Both the position numbers and the translations under genes were made by a program. The notes under the pieces are model-generated. The model did not search any database. It saw only the letters and a program-made list of their open reading frames with translations, and had not been told where the DNA came from. Of a stretch of DNA of 64,000 bases, positions 39,537 to 52,209 are shown piece after piece (positions within the stretch are counted from its first letter, which is position 1; every line of letters starts with the position of its first letter). This DNA comes from Pristiophorus japonicus (taxonomy: Eukaryota), in contig NW_027251778.1 in the NCBI RefSeq assembly GCF_044704955.1, positions 310,001 through 374,000 on the forward strand, written 5' to 3'.

Positions 39537-40673
39537 ATGATGTGCACTGTTTGCCTATATACGCTGTTGTTAGTTCTCGCAGGTAAGTCTTTATACCTGT
39601 CGGGCAATTCGGGCACGGTTTAACCTGCTAACTGATAGTCGGGTTGCTGAATGTACGCTGCAATCAGTTAGCTCACTTAAAGGCTTTATAATTGTTCAGC
39701 GCAGCGAGTTGTTCGGATCAGAAGTGTCCAGCCTGAGAGGGCGGTGGAACTCACTAAATAGTAACTCGCAAAGGCAAATTGGATCAGTAACTGAAGGGGG
39801 AAATTCTGCAGAGCTGTTGGAAGAAGGTATGTCGGAGTAAGAATAATCGGGAGGGTGTTTCATTGAGACAGCACTGCAAGATGGACCAAATGGTCTACTC
39901 TGCTGTAATACCCCATGTTCCTCCAATTCTATTATATTGTGGTCTAATTGGTTTCTAAATATATGTCACCTACCTCGTCGCCTCCGTTTGAGCTGAAAGT
40001 TAGACAGGCCGAGACGGCGGGTCCAGGCCGATTGCCCAGGTGAGTGAACCAAACCAGTCCATCTCCATAGCCTGGTGGACAGAGAAAAGGAGCCAGAATC
40101 AGCGGCGCACTGGGTGAGCGGAGCCCACTAACATGTTACCACCAACCCTCCCAGCAATGGTCACTGAGGCCAAGTGTACCAATTTAGCACCACTCCGGTC
40201 GTGACCAGCTGGTAATAAGCCATCCACAGATGACGAGTCTGTATTTTAGCGGGTCGCACTGTTCGACTGTGTTGTGCATCGCGCGTTTTGGTAGAAAGTT
40301 TCTCGCTCCCTCTCTATCCCCGTTGTAGCTGTTTATATTTGACCCGAACTGTTTCTCCTGTTCCTCTGCAGCCCCTTGCAGGAGCGCTGTGGTGTCCCAG
40401 TGGCCGAACCGGCTGTCGCTTGGAGTGGGGCTCACCGCTGAAATGCACTGTTACCAGAACGACACCAGCGATAACTACATGTACTGGTACCAGCAGCGTA
40501 GCGGGGCAGGGTTCCAGCTCATAGCGACCTCGGTCACTACCAATGACCCCACGCCTGAAGACGGTTTCAAGGAGAGGTGTAAAGGCACCAGAACCGATCT
40601 TAAATCTTGCAGCCTGAAAATACTGAGAATGGAGCCAGGTGACACGGCGGTGTATTACTGCGCTGCCAGTGAT
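39537..40673 (+). CDS. TRBV: TCR V segment A15 (leader 39537-39582, exon 40372-40673), open frame, RF changed to RC in FR3
   Basis: RSS from 40674. Confidence 0.83.
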
Positions 40674-41796
40674 CACAGTGATTCAAGCAGGTTTAGCCCT
40701 GCATCAAAAACACATCACCCTCTCACACTGAGCCGAAAACTCACTTAAGCAGCGCTCAAAAAGTCACCTGCACATCGATGAATGCTCACCACGTTTTCTG
40801 GTGACTGCAACGTGTTGAATGAGGACATCTATTCTAATTTAGAATAATCAAAAACGATTTCTGGATTCCAGATCAAAAGGATTATTTCAACCAAATTATT
40901 TATGAGAGCAAAAGGAATTGGAGCAGGAGTGGGTCATTCCCGCGCCTCGACCCTGCTGCACCACTCAATGAGATCATGGCTGATCTGATCATGGAATCAG
41001 CTCCACTTCACCGCCCGCTCGCACTGACCCTTGCCTCCATGATCGCTCAAAATCTGTCGATCTCCACCTTAAATATATTCAGTGAACCAGCCTCCACAGC
41101 TCTCTGCGGTGGACAGTTTAAAAGTTTCACGAACCTTTGAGACAAGAAATTCCTCCACATCTCCATCTTAAATGGGCGATCCCATTATTCTGAGACTGTG
41201 CTCCCTAGTACTAGATTCCACCACGAGGGGAAACATGCACACTGCATCTACCTTGTCGAGCCCCCTCAGAAACATGTATGTTTCAATAAGTTCACCTCTC
41301 ATTCTTCTAAACTCCAATGGGTAGAGGCCCAAACATCTCAACTTTTCTCAAAAGGCAATCCCTTCAGCTCAGGAATAGACCGAGTGCACCTTCTCTGAAC
41401 AGCCTCCAATGCAAGGATATCCTTCCATAAATACTGAGATCAATACTGTCGGCAGTACAGTAGGTGTGGGCTCACCAACGCCCTGTTGAAAGCAGATTCA
41501 GCTTTTAAAAGGAGGAATGGATATATACTTGAAAGGAACAACAATATGTCGGGCTATGGGGAAAGAGCAGGGGTTGGGGCAGTGAGGTGAGTTGCATGGT
41601 GCAGACTGCACGGGCTAGATTGGCAACTTCTGCGCTCTGTGAATTTGTTCAGATTTTCTGGCTCCAATGTTTTAATTAAATCGTTGCTTGCTGTCTCTCT
41701 TGATCGACAGAATAACGTGGCTAAAAAAAACTTCAGTCAAATGCCTCGTTGATTGCGTCTCTGATCGATTTTAATTGAGCCCCTATTCCTTTCCAG

Positions 41797-42102
41797 GTAA
41801 TGTGCTTTCAGACCCGCTAGCCCAGTGGCCTGCTACCATTGTTGCAGTACAGCAAGGCAGCGCGGAACTGACTTGTTTTCGCAATGGATTCGCCCGTCAA
41901 AGCCTGCTTTGGTATAAATTCGCCGGAGAAGGGCTCGTGTTAATTGGCTATTTCATCTGGTCGTCGCAACCCCAAATGGCAGAGGGACTAAAGGCGAGAT
42001 TTCACATGGCGCGAAGCGAGAGTGAAAGGAAAGCCATTCTCCGTATCAGCGGCTTGAGAGCGAGCGACCAGGCGGTGTATTACTGCGCCGATAGTGTTGG
42101 AG
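41797..42102 (+). CDS. TRBV: Family-B V exon B9, open frame, leaderless
   Basis: RSS 42103-42141. Confidence 0.82.
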
Positions 42103-42857
42103 CACAGCGCTACAGACAGAGGCACAACCCGGCCCCAAACCGCCAGCAACTGATTCGTTTGTTCAGATCCGTTACACGTATTTGCATCATTCCCCGGGTG
42201 AGCTCAACTTTCAGTCTCTCCTTCTCTCTGTCTCGAGAAAGAAAGGATGAAAGAAAGAAAGAAGAATGAAAGAAGGAGAGAAAGCAAGACAGTAAAAAGG
42301 AGAAAAGTAACGACAGAAAGCAGAGAAAGAAGGAAGGAGAGAAAGAAAGGAGAGAAAGAAAGTTGGAGAGAAGGAAGGAAAAGAGAGAAGGAAAGAGAGA
42401 GAGAATGAAAGCAGGACAGAAAGCAAGGAGTGAAAGAACGAAGGAGAACAAGAAAGATGGATTGAAATCAAGAAGGAGAGAAAGAAAGAATGAGAGATAG
42501 AAAGAAAGAGTGAAAGAAAAAAGCACAGTAAGAAAGAAAGAATGGGTGAAAGAAAGACAGGTGAGAAAGGATGTTGTGTATCTGCACAAAGCTCATATAT
42601 GTCAACCGTTCAAAACATAATCAAACTGGCGAACTCTTTGAACAGATTGCTCATTGCAAAAGCAGTCCTGCCGACTAATTATTCTGACATTGACATCATA
42701 GAAGCAAGGATTGACTTTGCCCGGTTAAGGGAACGTACTATTGGGCAATCTTGCAATGACGTTACTTCCTCCACCAACCAGAAAACGAGGTGCAAGAAGC
42801 GATAAGATCCCATTGCGTGCCAGCAGGGCTGGGCTGGGAGGTGGGGAGTCTGCGATC

Positions 42858-43727
42858 ATGATGTGCACTGTTTGCCGATATACACTGTTGCTGATTCTCG
42901 CAGGTAACTCTTTATACCTGTCGGGCAATTCGGGCCCGGTTTAATCTGCTAACTAATAGTCGGGTTGCTGAATGTACGCTGCAATCAGTTAGCTAACTTA
43001 CAGGCTTTATAATTGTTCAGCGAAGCAAGTTGTTAAGATCAGGAGTGTCCTGCCTGAGAGGGTAGTGAAACACATTCCATAGTAACTCGCAAAAGGCAAT
43101 TGGATCAATAGCTGAAGGGGAAAATTCTGCAGGGCTGTTGGGAGAAGGTGTGTCGGTGTAATAATAACCGGTAGGTTGTTTCAAAGAGACAGCACTGCCA
43201 GATGGACCAAACGGTCTCCTTCCCTGCTGTAACACTGTATGTTCCTACAAATACATTATATTGTGGCCTAATTGGTTTCTAAATAAATGTCACGTGCTTC
43301 ACCGGCTCCCTTTGAGCTGAAGGTTGGACGGGCCGAGGCAACGAGTCCCGGGTGATTGCCCAGGTGAGAGAGCCGAACCCGTCCGTCTCCATAGACTGGT
43401 GGGCGGTGCAAAGGAGCCAGAATCGGCGGCGCAGTGGGTGAGGGGAACCCGCAACCCCAACCATAATTTGGCACTGTGGCCAAGTGTAGCGATTAGCGCC
43501 GCTTCGGTTGTGAGCAGTTGATCGTAGGTCATCCACAGATGACGACTCTATATTTTAGCTGTGCGTACTGTTCGACTGTGGTGTGCATGCTGCGTTTTGA
43601 CTGAAAGTGTCTCTCTCTATATATGTATCCGTGATATACCTGTTTATATTTGACGCGACCTGATTCTCCTGTTCCCCTGTAGCCCCTTGTAGGACAGCTC
43701 TCGTTTCCCAGTGGTCGAAACGCCTGT
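42858..43727 (+). pseudogene. TRBV: Family-A V A16: leader 42858-42903 plus only ~45 nt of V exon
   Basis: Exon starts at 43683, then a deletion runs into family-B upstream sequence. Confidence 0.8.
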
Positions 43728-43750
43728 GGATAAAAAAGCTTCAGTCAAAC

Positions 43751-45035
43751 TGGCCCGCTACCATTGTTGCTGTGCAGCAAGGCATCGCGGAACTTCTTTG
43801 GTATAGATCCGCCCGAGAAGGGCCGGTGTTAACAGGCAGGCAGTGACTAGTGGGGTACCGCAAGGTTCTGTGCTGGGGCCCTAGCTGTTTACATTGTACA
43901 TTAATGATTTAGACGAGGAGATTAAATGTAGTATCTCCAAATTTGCGGATGACGCTAAGTTGAATGGCAGTGTAAGCTGTGAGGAGGCTGCTATGAGGCT
44001 GCTGACTGACTTGGATAGGTTAGGTAAGTGGGCAAATGCATGGCAAATGAAGTATAATGTGGATAACTGTGAGGTTATGCACTTTGGTTGTAAAAACAGA
44101 GAGACAGACTATTATCTGAATAGTGACATATTTGAAAAGGGGAGGTGTAACGAGACCTGGGTGTCATGGTACACCCGTCATTGAAGGTTGTCATGCAGGT
44201 ACAGCAGGCGGTTAAGAAAGCAAATGACATGTTGGCCTTCATATCGAGGGGATTTGAGTACAGGGGCAGGGAGGTGTTACTACAGTTGTACAGGGCCTTG
44301 GTGAGGCCACATCTGGAGTATTGTGTACAGTTTTGTTCTCCTTACTTGAGGAAGGACATTCTTGCTATTGAGGGAGCGCAGCGAAGGTTCACCAGACTGA
44401 TTCCCGGGATGGTGGGACTGACATATCAAGAAAGACTGGATCAACTGTGCTTGTATTCACTGGAGTTCAGAAGAATGAGAGGGGATTTCATAAAAACGTT
44501 TAAAATTCTGATGGATTTAGTCACGTTAGATGCAGGAAGAATGTTCCCAATGTTGGAGAAGTCCAGAACCAGGGGTCACAGTCTCAGGATAAGGGGGAAG
44601 CCATTTAGGACCGAGATGAGGAGATATTTCTTCACCCAGAGAGTGGTGAAGCTGTGAAATTCTCTACCACAGAAAGTTGTTGAGGCCAATTCACTAAATA
44701 TATTCAAAAAGGAGTTAGATGAAGTCCTTACTACTCGGGGGATCAAGGGGTATGGCAAGAAAGCAGGAACGGGGTACTGAGGTTGCATGTTCAGCCATGA
44801 ACTCATTGAATGACGGTGAAGGCTCGAAGGACCGAATGGCCTACTCCTGCACCTATTTTCTATGTTGCTATGTTTCTAAGTTATTTCACCTGGTCGTCGC
44901 AACACCAAATGGCAGACGGATTAAAGGCGAGATTTCACATGGCACGAAGCGAGAGTGACAGGAAATTCAGTCTCCGGATTAGCGGCTTGAGAGCGAGCGA
45001 CCAGGCGGTGTATTACTGCGCTGATAGTGTTGGAG
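43751..45035 (+). pseudogene. TRBV: Family-B V B10, internally deleted and split by a LINE insertion
   Basis: 5' pieces 43751-43832; 3' half 44881-45035 (WSSQHQMADGLK..YYCADSVG); RSS 45036-45074. Confidence 0.82.
43835..44878 (+). mobile_element. 5'-truncated CR1-clade LINE (RT C-terminal half plus 3'UTR)
   Basis: VTSGVPQGSVLGP, INDLD, KFADD and [12 protein letters not shown] motifs; frameshift at ~44170; ends in a ctatgtt-type tail. Confidence 0.93.
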
Positions 45036-45167
45036 CACAGCGCTGCAGACAGAGGCACAACCCGGCCCCAAACCACCAGAAACTGATTGTTTTTTGCAGA
45101 TCCGTTACACGTATTTCCATCATTCCCCAGGTGAGCTCAATTTTCAGTTTCTCCTTCTCTCTGTCTC

Positions 45168-45632
45168 GAGGAAGAAATGAAGAAAGAAAGGAATAAGAAA
45201 GAAAGAGAGAAAGGAAGACAGTAAAAAGGAAAGAAGTAATGAAAGAAACGACAGAAAGAAAGAGGGGCAAGAATAAAGAAGGAGAGAGAGGAAGAAGGAT
45301 AGAAAGAAAGTAGAGAGTAAAAAGATAGAAGGAAATAAGGGGAGAGTGAAAAAAGGAAAAAAAAAGGAGGAGGGAAAAAATGAAGGGGAGAAAGAAAGAC
45401 AGGATAGAAATAATTAAGACAGCTGTGTAAAAAGAAGAAGCGAAAGAAAGATAGATAGAAGGAAAGAAAGAAAGATGGAACGAAGGAAAGATGGAAGGAA
45501 ATAAAGGAGGTGAGAAAGGGAGAAGGAGAGAAAGAAAGAAGGAGAGAAAGAAAGAAAGAGAGAAAGAAAGAAGGAGAGAAAGAAAGAAGGAGAGAAAGAA
45601 ATAAGGAGAGAAAGAAAGTAGGAGAGAGAGAA
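45168..45632. repeat. Purine-rich tract with AAGAAGGAGAGAAAGA-like repeats
   Basis: Direct inspection. Confidence 0.88.
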
Positions 45633-45913
45633 TGAATGCTGTGTGTCAGACAGAGCTCATATATGTCAACTGTTCAAAATGTAACGAAACTCGCGAATAT
45701 AGTGAGTGGATTGCACTTTGCAAAAGCAGTCCTGTGCACAAATTATTCTTACATTTTCTTCTCAGCAACAGGGCTCTGCATTGCTCGGATGAGGGGCAGT
45801 TCTATTGGCCACTCTTGCAATGACGTTATTTCCTCCAGCAATAACAAAATGAGGTGCAGGGGGCGATAAGAACCCACTGAGTATCAGCAGGGCTGCGCTG
45901 GGAGGTGGGGATC

Positions 45914-47007
45914 ATGATGTGCACTGTTTGCTTATATACACTATTGCTGGTTCTCGCAGGTAACTATTTACACCTGTCGGGCAATTCGGGCCCGGTTGAA
46001 TCTGGTTATTTATATTCGGGTTGCTGAATGTTTGCAGAAATCAGTTAGATTGCTTAAAGATTTCATAATTGTTTAGCGCAGCGAGTTGTTAGGATCAGGG
46101 GTGTCCTGACTGAAAGGGCGGTGAAACACCTTCAATAGTAACTCGCAAAGGACAATTTGATCAATAGCTGAAGGAGGAATTCTGCAGGGCTGATGGAGAA
46201 GGTGTTTCAGAGTAGGAATAATCGGGAGGTTGTTTCAAAAAGACAACAAATCAAGATGGATCAAATGGTTTGCTACCCTGCTGTAATACCCCATGTTTCT
46301 GCAAATTCATTATATTGGGGCCGAATTGCTTTCTAGAGCTACGTCACGTGCCTCGTTGCATCTCTGTGCGCTGAAGGTTGAACGGGCCGAGGCTGCTGGT
46401 CCCGAGCGATTGCCACGTGAATGAGCCGGACCCGTCTCCAAGGACTGGTGGGTGGTGCAAAGGAGCTAGAATCGGGGGCACACGGGGTGAGGGGAGCCCG
46501 TTAACATGTAACAATTTCACACTTTTCCGGTCGTGATCAGCTGACACTAGGCCATCCACAGTTTACGAGTCTATATTTTAGCTGGGCGTACTGTTCGACT
46601 GTGGTGTGCATCGCGCGTTTTGACTGAAAGTGTCTCTCTCTATATATGTATCCCTGATGTACCTGTTTATATTTGACGCGACCTGTTTCGCCTGTTCCCC
46701 TGTAGCCCCTTGCAGGAGCGCTCTCGTTTCCCAGTGGTCGAAATTTCTGTCGCTTGGAGCGGGGCTCACTGCTGAAATGCATTGTTACCAGAACGACTCC
46801 AGCTATAGCTACATGTACTGGTACCGGCAGCGTAGCGGGGCAGGGTTTCAGCTCATCGCGACCTCGATCAACACCAACGACCCCACGGCTGAAGACAGTT
46901 TTAAGAAGAGGTTTAAAGGCACCAGACACAATCTTAAATCTTGCAGCCTAAAAATACTGAGCGTGGAGCCGACTGACACGGCGGTGTATTACTGCGCTGC
47001 CAGTGAT
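45914..47007 (+). CDS. TRBV: TCR V segment A17 (leader 45914-45959, exon 46706-47007), intact
   Basis: RSS 47008-47046. Confidence 0.87.
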
Positions 47008-47066
47008 CACAGTGATGCAAGCAGGTTTAGCCCTGCGTCAAAAACACACGACGCTCTCACACTGAG

Positions 47067-47105
47067 CACAGATCGACAGACAGAGGCACAACTCGGCACC
47101 AAACC
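47067..47105 (+). other. Orphan family-B 23-RSS directly behind the A17 RSS
   Basis: CACAGAT + 23 nt (cgacagacagaggcacaactcgg) + CACCAAACC. Confidence 0.75.
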
Positions 47106-47629
47106 GCCGAAAACGGTTTGCTTTGTGCAGATCCGTTACACGTATTTCAATAATTCCCAAGGTGAGCTGAATTTTCAGTCTCTCCTTCTCTCTGCCTCGG
47201 GAAAGAAAGGAAGAAAGAAATGAATAAGAAGGCAAGAAGGAGAGAATGAAAGTAAGAAAAAATGAGAGAAGAAATGAAAGAAAGAAAGAAAGAAAGGAGG
47301 AGAGGAAAAAGGAAGGGAGAAAGTAAGAAGTCGGGAAAGGAAGAATGTTTTGCATGTGCACAAAGCTCATATATGTCAACCGTTCAAAACTTAATGAAAC
47401 TGGCGAGCACTGAATAGATTGCACATTGCAAAAGCAGTCCTGTGTAGTAATTATTCTTTCATCTCCACCTCAGAAACAAGCATTCGCATGGCCCGGATGA
47501 GGGGAAGTTCTATTGGATACTGTTGCAATGACGTTACTTCCTCCACCAACCACAAAACAAAGGCGCAGGGGCGATAAGTTCCCATTGATTGTCAGCAGGG
47601 CTGGGCTAGGAGGTGGGGAGTCTTTGATC

Positions 47630-48778
47630 ATGATGTTCACTGTATGCCGATATACACTGTTGCTGCTCCTCGCAGGTAACTATTTATACCTGTCGGGCAA
47701 TTCGGACCCGGTTTAATCTGGTAACTTATATTCCGGTTGCTGAATGTACGCTGCAATCAGTTACATCACTTAAAAGTTTTCTAATTGTTTAGCGCAGCGA
47801 GTTGTTAGGATCAGAAGTCTCCTGCCTGAGAAGGCGGTGAAAGACATTCAAAAATAACTCGCAAAAGGCAATTGGATCAATAGCTGAAGGGGGAAATTCT
47901 GCAGGGCTGTTGGGAGAAGGTATGTCGGAGTAGGAATAACCGGAGTGTGTTTCAAAGAGACAGCACTGCAAGGTGGACCAAATGGCCTCCTACCCTGCTA
48001 TAACAACCCATGTTCCTACAAATATATTATATTGTGGCGTAATTCGTTTCTAAATATATGTGACGTTCCTTGTCGCCTCCCTTTGAGCTGAAGGACGGAT
48101 GGACCGAAAAGGCGGGTCCTGGCCAATTGCCCAGGTGAATGTGCCGAACCCGTCCGTCTCCATAGACTGGTGGACGGTGCAAAGGAGCCAGAATCGGAGG
48201 CGCAGATGATGAGGGGAGCCCGCTAACATGTTGCCCCCACACCCGAAGCAATGGGCACTGAGGCCAAGTGTAGCGATTTAGCGCCGCTCAGGTCGTGATC
48301 AGCTGATAGTAGGCCATCCACAAATGACGCGTCTCTATTTTAGTTCGCTGGACTGTTCAACTGTGGTTTGCATCACGCGTTTTGTCAGAAAGTCTCTCTC
48401 TCTCTCTCTCTCTCTCTATCCCTGTTGTACCTGCTTATATTTGACTCGACCTGCTTCTCCTGTTCCCCTGCAGCCCCTTGCAGGAGCGCTCTGATTTCCC
48501 AATGGTCCAAACGCCTATCGCTTGGAGCGGGGCTCACGGCTGAAATACATTGTTACCAGAACGACTCCAGCTATAGCTACATGTCCTGGTACCGGCAGCG
48601 TAGCGGGACAGGCTTCCAGCTCATAGCGATCTCGTTTGGCATCAACGAACCCGCCACGCCAGAAGATGGTTTCAAGGACAGGTTTAAAGGCACCAGACCC
48701 GATCTTAAATCTTGCAGCCTCAAAATACTGAGTGTGGAGCCGGCTGACACGGCAGTGTATTACTGCACTGCCAGTGAT
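47630..48778 (+). CDS. TRBV: TCR V segment A18 (leader 47630-47675, exon 48474-48778), one extra codon in CDR2, ends YYCTAS
   Basis: 305-nt exon, open; RSS from 48779. Confidence 0.86.
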
Positions 48779-49011
48779 CACAGTGATTCAAGCAGCTTTA
48801 GCACCGCGTCAAAAACACATCACCCTCTCACACTGATCCGAAAAATCACATAAGCAAAACTCAAAAAGTCACCTGCACATCGATGAATGCTCTCCACGTT
48901 TTTTGGTGACTGTAACGTGTTGAATAAGGACATATATCCTAATTTAGAAACATCAAAAACAATTTCTGGATTCCAGATCAAAAGGATTATTTCCACCAAA
49001 TTATTTATGAG

Positions 49012-49750
49012 AGCATAAGAAATAGGAGCAGGAGTGGGCCATTCGGCCCCTCGAGCCTGCTCCGCCATTCAATAATATCATGGCTGATCTGATCATGGAA
49101 ACAGCTCGCCGTCCCCGCCCGCTCCCCATAACCTTTCACTCCCTTATCAATCAAAAATCGGTCTATCTCCACCTTAAATATATTCAATGAGCCAGCATCC
49201 ACAGCACTCTGGGGTAGGGAAGTCAAAAGTTTCACAAAGCTCTAAGTGCAGAAATTCGTGCACATCTCCATCTTAACTGGGAGGCACCCTATTCAGAGTC
49301 GATGCTCCCAAGTTCGAGATTCCCCCCACGAAAGGAAACATCCTCCATGCACCTAACCTGTCTATCCCCCACAGAATCTTATAAGTTTCAATAAGGTCAC
49401 CTCGCCATCTTTCAAACGCCAATGAGTCGAGGGCAAAGTTGCTCAACGGCTCCTCGGAAGACAACCCTCTCATCGCAGAAATCAACCGAGTGCAACTTCC
49501 CTGGACAGCCTCCAATGCAAGTATATCCTTCCTTAAATACGGAGACCAAAACTGTACGCAGTACTCCAGGTGTGGTCTCACCAACACCCCGTTGAAAGCT
49601 GATTCAACTTTTTAAAGTAGTATTGGCTATATACTTCGCAATAAAAACAACATGTCGGGCTCTGGGGAAAGATCAGGGGGTGGGATATTCGGACTAATTG
49701 CATGATGCAAACTATACCGGCTCGATTGGCGCCTTCTGCGCTCTATGATT
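49012..49750 (-). mobile_element. CR1-like LINE fragment plus tail
   Basis: ORF 49273-49587 reads [20 protein letters not shown]. Confidence 0.85.
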
Positions 49751-49752
49751 TT

Positions 49753-50370
49753 AGAATCACAGCAACAAAGTAATTTACAGTGCAGACAGAGATCTTTTCG
49801 GCCTGATCGTGCTCATGCTGGCCGACAAAGAGCTGCACAGCCCTTAGTCAGCAGCCATGAATGTTACACATAAACCAATGTACAACGACAGAAAGGCAAT
49901 GAGCAACCGGCCCAACTAGTCCGCCTCACACAACTGCGACACCCCTGACACTGAAACATTCTGCACTCAACCACAACCGGAGCCATGTGATCTCCTGGGA
50001 GAGGCAAAAACCAGATAGAAACCCAGGCCAAGTTAGGGAGAAACAAATCTGGGAAAATTCCTCTCCGACCCATCCAGGCGATCAAAACTATTCCAGGAGA
50101 TCAGCCTGGCTGTATTCCATTTCCTGCACTATTATATCAGCTGCGAACAACAAAAGGTCATCCAGTCGAATCCCAATTTCCACCACTCGGTCCGTAACCC
50201 TGCAGGTTACTGCAATTCAAGTGCCCATCAAATCATCTCTTAAAAGTGGTGAGGGTTTTCGAGATCCACCACTCTTCAGGGCAGCGAGTTCCAGATCTCC
50301 ACAACCCTCTGCGTAAATAAGCCCTCCCCCCCTCAAATCCCCTCTAAACCTCCGAGCAATCAGATTAAAC
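49753..50370 (-). mobile_element. Distinct CR1-like LINE 3' end with long 3'UTR, found only in this cassette
   Basis: Interrupts the conserved 'gaattt|gtgcagattttct'; minus-strand RFRGDLRGG..WNSLP-like remnant. Confidence 0.65.
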
Positions 50371-50518
50371 TGCAGATTTTCTATCCAGAAATTTTGATTA
50401 TTCGTTGCTTGCTGTCTGTCTTGGTCCACAAAATAACGCAGCAAAAAAAAAAACGTCAGCCAAATGCCTCGTTGATTGCGTCTCTGATCGATCTTAATGG
50501 AGCCCTATTCCTTTCCAG

Positions 50519-50824
50519 GTAATGTGCTGTCAGACCCGCTAGCCCAGTGTACCGCTTCCATTGTTGCAGTATAGCAAGGCAGCGCGGAGCTGAGCTATTT
50601 CCGCAATGGTTTCGCCCGTCAGAGCCTGCTTTGGAATAAATTCGTCGGAGAGGAGCCCGTGTTAATTGGCTATTACATCTGGTCGGCGCAACCCCAAATG
50701 CCAGAGGGATTAAAGGCGATATTTCACATGGCACGAGGCGAGACTGAAAGGAAAGCCAGTCTCCGGATTAGCGGCTTGAGAGCGAGTGACCAGGCGGTGT
50801 ATTACTGAGCCGATAGCGTTGCAG
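50519..50824 (+). pseudogene. TRBV: Family-B V B11, pseudogene
   Basis: TAG in FR1; both Cys lost (TAT, TGA); RSS CACAGTG at 50825. Confidence 0.85.
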
Positions 50825-51290
50825 CACAGTGCTACAGACAGAGGCACAACCCGGTCCCAAACCGCCGGAAACTGATTGCTTTGTGCAGATCCGTTACACC
50901 TATTTCCATTATTCCCAATGGGAGCTCAATTTTCAGTCTCTCCTCCTCTCTGTCTCGATAAAGAAAGGAAGAAAGAAATGAATAAGAAGGATAAAAGGAG
51001 AGAATGAAAGAAAGAAAAAGTGAGAGAAGAAAAGAAAGATTGAAGGAGAGAAAGAAAGGAGGAGAGAAAAAAGGAAGGGAGAAAGTAAGAAGGAGGGAAA
51101 GGAAGAATGTTTTTTTATCTGCACGCAGCTCTGTGTGAATTTGTGCAGATTTTCTGCCTCCACATTTACTTTAAATCGTTGCTTGCTGACTGCCTTGATC
51201 TACAGAATACCGTTGCTAAAAAAAAATCAGTCAAATACCTCGTTGATTGCATTTCTGATCGATCTTAATTGAGCCCCTATTCCTTTCCAG

Positions 51291-51596
51291 GTAATGCGCT
51301 GTCAGGCCCGCCAGCCTAGTGACCCGCTACCATTGTTGCAGTACAGCAAGGCAGCGCAGAACTGAGTTGTTTCCGCAAAGGATTTGCCCGTCAGAGCCTG
51401 CTTTGGTATAAATTCGCCGGAGAGGGGCCCGTGTTAATTGGCCATTTCATCTGGTCGTCGCAACCCCAAATGGAAGAGGGATTAAAGGCGAGATTTCACA
51501 TGGCGCGAGGCGAAACTGAAAGTAATGCCAGTCTCCGGATTAGCGGCTTGCGAGCGAGCGACCACGCGGTGTATTACTGCGCCGATAACCCTGGAG
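51291..51596 (+). pseudogene. TRBV: Family-B V B12 (copy of B1)
   Basis: TAG TGA in FR1; heptamer CATAGCC. Confidence 0.85.
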
Positions 51597-52163
51597 CATA
51601 GCCCGACAGGCAGAAGCAGAACCCGATCCCGAACCACAAGGAACTGTTTGCTTTGTGCAGATCCGTTACACGTATTGACATCAGTCCCCAGGTGAGCTCC
51701 ATTTTCAGTCTCTCCTTCTCTCTGTCTCGAGAAAGAAAGGAAGAAAGAAATGAATAAGAATGAAAGAAGGAGAGAATGAAAGAAAGAAAAAAATGAGAGA
51801 AGAAATGAAAGAAAGAAGGAGAGAAAGAAAGGAGGAGAGAAAGAAGGAATGGAGAAAGTAAGAAGGAGGGAAAGGAAGAATGCTTTGTATCTGTACAAAG
51901 CTCATATATGTTAACCGTTCAAAACTTAATGAAACTGGCGAGCACTGAATAGATTGCACACTGCAAAAGCAATCCTGTATTCTAATTATTCTGACATCTA
52001 CACCTCAGAAAAAAGCATTGGCATTGCCCGGATGAGGGGAAGTTATATTGGATACTCTTGCAATGACGTTACTTCCTCCACCAATCACAAAACGAGGTGC
52101 AGGGGGTGATAAGATCCCATTGAGTATCAGAGGTTTGGGCTGGGCGGTGGGGAGTCTGTAATC

Positions 52164-52209
52164 ATGATGTGCACTGTTTGCCTATATACACTGTTGCTGC
52201 TTCTCGCAG
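52164..52209 (+). pseudogene. Orphan leader exon (copy of 6464-6509)
   Basis: Identical context to 6464-6509. Confidence 0.8.

Larger units (their letters stand above)
14290..43000. repeat. Tandem array with 8,309-bp period (~3.2 copies; first copy carries an extra 2,242-bp internal duplication)
   Basis: ORF offsets 25157/33466/41775, 26997/35306, 29873/38182 and 23771/32080/40389 are all 8,309; 14608 to 25157 is 10,549. Confidence 0.92.
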
